DNA of 64,000 nucleotides. Source: the human T2T-CHM13v2.0 reference genome, Homo sapiens. Shown one piece after another: positions 59,019 to 64,000 of this stretch; the stretch's first letter is position 1; every line of letters starts with the position of its first letter. Where the stretch lies: assembly GCF_009914755.1 (NCBI RefSeq), contig NC_060934.1; one strand, given 5' to 3'. The notes under the pieces are model-generated. The model was not told the DNA's origin, ran no database searches, and was given only the letters and a program-made list of their open reading frames with translations. The position numbers and the translations under genes were made by a program.

Positions 59019-62000
59019 GGTAATGAAGACAGACATTACTTCTACTGTATAGATAAAACAATAAGATGTAAAATAGTAGTGATGAACTGAGAGCTAGACT
59101 CTATTCCTATTCTCATTTCCTGCCTAAACCTTAAAAAAACAAAAGCACAATTTTTAAATGTATTTTCAAAATAACTTCCGAAAACCTTAAAAATCACAAC
59201 TCAGTTCAATATACACAGGGACTCCGCTTGACATCAAGGAGGAAAAGATGAAAAAAGCCTTGTGAGGTGCTCATTCTCTGCTGGGGAAGAGGAGGCAGTT
59301 GGCCCCAATAACGTTCACAGCCATGATCAAGAACGGGTGGTGGAAACAGGCTGCTACAGAAGCACGAAGGAGCTGGAGCAGCCAGCAATACTGAGGACAG
59401 CAACAAGAGCTGTCAACAAGCTGTGGTAGAATGCACAGGTGAAAGAATCAGCTTTCTCTGAAGCAGCAGCTGGAGCTTCCTCAGAACAGGTCCCTCCTGC
59501 AATATGTCTTACAGGCCAAGTAGCACCATGTTTAGGAAAACAAAAAAAAAAACAGGCACTCACCAATAGCAAATACAGATCCAAGACCCATACAGCTGTC
59601 TCCCTCCTGAGCTCTCAAATACCTGTCCATCAAAATTTCACCAAACAGGAGATGAAATGAGAAACAACTGTTTCATCTTTGCAGCTAGCATGTGGTCCTG
59701 TGTCTACAGTTTCAGGAAGCTTCAAACTTAAATTTATATCCAAAATGTTAACGTTAGATTAGTTATAAAGAGTAACTCCATCTTCTCTCTGAACAAATGC
59801 CAATTTCCATAAATTCAAATTTATTGCCAGTAAGTGTCTTGGTATTAGCTGGAGAAATATTATAAAACTCATGGTTTTTAAATTACATTATGGTTTCTTT
59901 TATCTGATTACATCTTCCTATCTTCCTAGATTTCCACAGAAGTACTTCTTACAATTGAATATACAATTCATCAGAAATAAAAGAAAAACCTATTATTTAC
60001 ATTATAATGGAAAATTCCCTATAACAATACTGAAAAATGCACTGAAGTTACTAACAACCCCTTTTTAAACAAATCCTGTGTTAAAAGGTCCACTCTTTGA
60101 TTACGATAGTAAATCCAGAAATATGTGATTTTAATTTTAAAGGGCTTTAACATCTTTTTAAAAATCTTTCTTTTTCCTTTGGCCTTTATAAGAAGACGGA
60201 TGTGAAGCCCTATGTATTCAGAACTACACAGGTTTACTAATGTGACATGTAAGAATTCTCTTTAAATATTATACTATTTTTTAAGTTTAAACATGCAAAT
60301 GAGAAATTATTTCTTTAATTAGAGTTAAAGCATTTGAGACTTTGTTATTTTTCTCAGACAAAAAAAATCAGAAAAGAAATACTTTCATATGATATTCAAC
60401 CAAGTTAGCATTCTTGGCTTTTAATTGGAAACATCTGGGGATGGGCTTGGCCGATTGCAATAAAATTGAAGTTACCAATTCACGCCCTGCCATTTTGATG
60501 GCACTTTGTTTTTACAGTTTTCAAATCAAAACCAAACGAACTTTCCTTTGAACTCTGGTCCTGCACCAAAGATCTTTATGAGATTTCACTCTCAAGAATA
60601 CTTTATAAATATTTTGAAGAATAGGAAGGATTTTATATTTGAAAAGAGGCTAAACCAGCAGTCTGTTTTGAAAGTTCAAGTTAAATTAAAATGTAAGTAC
60701 ACCAAAAAGACAATATTATTTAAATACACACACACACAGCCACTGAACATTAGTAGCACTGAACAACAACAAAAAAATTAACTAGATAAAGTTTAAGTCT
60801 TTTATCATGTAAAGTTGACACTAGTATCCCAATTTTCTACAATAAATCTATTGATTGTACTAAAACCGACTGCTTAAAGAGATGCTCTAACAGTACATAA
60901 ACAAAAGTAGTTCAAAATAATTCATTAGAGTGGGCTGTACCCCCAGAGAAAATGAGTAAGAATAAAGGCTTATTAAACCCAGTCTTTCCCCTGAAAGACA
61001 ACACCAGTGGAATCCCATCCACAAAGTACTACAGCAGACCCCTTGCTCCCTGATTTCATTACATAAACAGAGATTGACTTTATCAGTCCCCAAGAGAGTG
61101 CTTTAGAAGTAACTCTAGCTGCTCTGTTTTCAAAAACTGTGTTTGGATTGTGCCATGCTCAGTTGGCGAGGTGAGCTGAGACCAGTAAAGACAAAGGACC
61201 TAAACATCTGAATCCATTTGTGTTCCCCAAATTCTGAAAGCCAACAGATGTACTCCATGTGCTGCTAGGCTAAGCTTTGAAAATTTAAAAATACATATTT
61301 TTTCCACTGACAAACAGAAAGTGACGGTATTCTGTATTTCTTTAATTAAAATCCAAGCGTTCTCAAAGGCTCCGGGACTTACTTTAAAGCTTCTTTAAGA
61401 CTGAGCTATTTATTTTACTATTAGCAAATAACAGAGAATCAAGATTCTAATTCAGTTTTAATCACAATCTTTGCTTTTATTTTGGAAACCCTGAGTTAAT
61501 CTTTTTTCTTCTAAAAAAGACAAAGAAACCTTGTGAAGCAAAGATTCAAGGAGTCAACTTACGGCCCAAATTTAATTTCAAACTGAAGGGTCGTAAGTTG
61601 AAAAGGATTTTTAAAATAAGACATAGAATGAAAGATGAAGACAAAGAAGATAAGAGAGAAAGAAAAACTCTAAGCCTCTTTAGTTTCTGTTAAAGATTAA
61701 ATATGCATATGAATATTCATATATGTGTCTATATATAAATTTGGCATTCACCATGTTTGTAAGAAGAACCAATTTAGGTGTTTATTTGCTTTTTTAAGGC
61801 TCTTTCTTGGAAAACAGCACTTAGAATCACTGGTTCTGCCATTACCCTAGCTGAGGCCACCCTCACCTAGACAAGAGTGAGGGGGCTGACTCCAAGTTTT
61901 CTCCTTTGAATTCATCCATCCTCCTACTCCTGCTAGAGAGAACTGATCATGTAAGTTCCCTACTTAAAACCTCTTACTGGCTCTCCAATATCTATAAGGA

Positions 62001-62409
62001 AAGTAGGAAGATCCCTTTTTAAAGTTAAAAAAAAAAAAAAACATGGGCCTTTTGTAATTTTAGTTACAGTTGATGAGAAATTACAATGAGATAAATCACT
62101 AAAAATTCATGAATGCTCTTAAATGAGTCTGGATATTACAAATCCCAACAGAATCTGTGTTTGTAAAATAATAATAGTACTATACTCACAAGTGTGTGCC
62201 CTTAGTCTATATCCACTGCGTGCAAATGGATTCACAGCCCTTTTGCCAAAGCTCTCCAGTCGAGAGATAACCTGTACCATGTATCTGAGTCCATGGCACA
62301 AGATTTGCTTTCAGTCTACTTTCTTACCTTTAACTCACTCACCCCGGGGTACTCACAGGCTATCTTCTGCCTGGCAAGGCTACCCATTTGGTCTCAATGT
62401 CTACTCCAC

Positions 62410-62702
<293 letters not shown>

Positions 62703-64000
62703 CCTACTCCGTTTTTGAGACCCAACCTAAAAACTGCCTACTCTTACTTTACCAAGCTTTCCTTCGACTCTGCTTCACCTCACCACCCACTGCTCCCATC
62801 CCCAGGCTGAACCATCCCCTGTGCTGCCAGTCCTGCATTCAATGACTCATTATTAAATGCCTACCGTCTTCCACGTTCCATACTAAGGACTTAAGCATGG
62901 TCCTTAGCAAGGTCCTGGGCATGCCATGGTGAACAACAGCACTGCCAGGTTCAGTTCTCAGGGACTTTCTAGTCCAAAAGGGGAGACAAACTTTAAGGAA
63001 ATAATCATACAGAAATGTTATTACAAAGTATGATAAATGCTATGAAGAAAAAGCATACCAATACAATGGGGAAATCTAATTTAGATTGGAAGGGTCAGCG
63101 TTGACGTCTTTAGGAGATATCTAGATTTCCACAGAGGCCTATTCTAGAACTTAATACAATCTATTGGAGTTGTCTGCTTATATGCTGTGTTTCTCTTATT
63201 TTTACATCACCCCTCCCCTTCCACCCCCTGACCTAAAATTCAAACTTGGAGTTTCCTAAGAGCTGGGAGTACATCAATTTCTTTACGTTCCCTATGCATA
63301 TGAAGAATTCCTTGTATGGACCAAATTCTCAATAAATACTTATTCAGTTAAGCTGATTTCTGTCCAATCGTATTTCTTAAAAAGAGAGAACCACAGAATC
63401 TTAAAATTGGACCTCAGACTTCCCTAGTTGCATTTAAATATGTTTTAAAAGGAGGAGGGAGGGATATAGAAAAGTTAAGTGACTTGATCAAGGCTAATTA
63501 CTGGCAAAACCAAGATTAGAACCACAATCTTAATATTCTTTTTCTGTTAAAATTCCCAACCTAAAATCAGAAATAAGTATGAACACCTAAATTGTGTCAG
63601 CAATGTCCTATGTTCCTGTTTATAAAGATCTGCCTAATTAGAATCATTTAGGATCTGTCCCCTCAGAAACAAATTGGTTTTATTTTTCAACATTCTTTTT
63701 AAAATGTATATGCCCTGAATCAAACAATGCTAAAAAACAGTTTCCTACAAATACACGGCTTTAATAAAGTCAGTAAGCTGTCTCTAACTAATCATATCTC
63801 TATCTGGAGCCATGATTTTTTCCAGAATATGAAAACAGAAAACATTTTTCAGTGCCTGAAAGCCTTAATCATAAAGGTCTGTTTAATTACACCCCTGAGG
63901 GGAATAAGAAGTTAGCTTTAACCTCATATTTATCCCAGGGGTGTAATCTTTGGTAATCATTCCTTTTTTTCGGCCTGATGGAAAATTCATCACAAATGAC

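Overview
Primate (almost certainly human) genomic DNA: AT-rich, CpG-poor and dense in Alu, L1, L2, LTR and DNA-transposon relics. It holds the 3' end of ATE1 (arginyl-tRNA--protein transferase 1) on the minus strand. The penultimate coding exon is 50287-50407 (121 nt). A ~46.3-kb terminal intron (3990-50286) follows, then the last exon with CDS 3811-3989 (ending ...[14 protein letters not shown]) and a ~3.3-kb 3'UTR with proximal and distal poly(A) signals. Everything above 50407 is the next intron upstream. Nearly all other ORF-track entries are repeat-derived or chance ORFs. I see no new multi-gene system, RNA gene or CRISPR-like array. The best leads are RNA-processing hypotheses, all untested inferences from motifs: (i) a second open, Cys-rich reading frame through the last exon, reached exactly by skipping the 121-nt exon; (ii) a sense-oriented full-length THE1 whose 5' LTR has a DUX4-type motif, a Kozak ATG and a splice donor in phase with that frame; (iii) a (UG)23 tract between two strong cryptic acceptors (TDP-43/CFTR-like layout); (iv) a mid-intron YAG|GTAAG recursive-splice or poison-exon site; (v) an inverted Alu pair only 27 nt apart. 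Repeat subfamily names are from recall of consensus sequences, and repeat boundaries are approximate.
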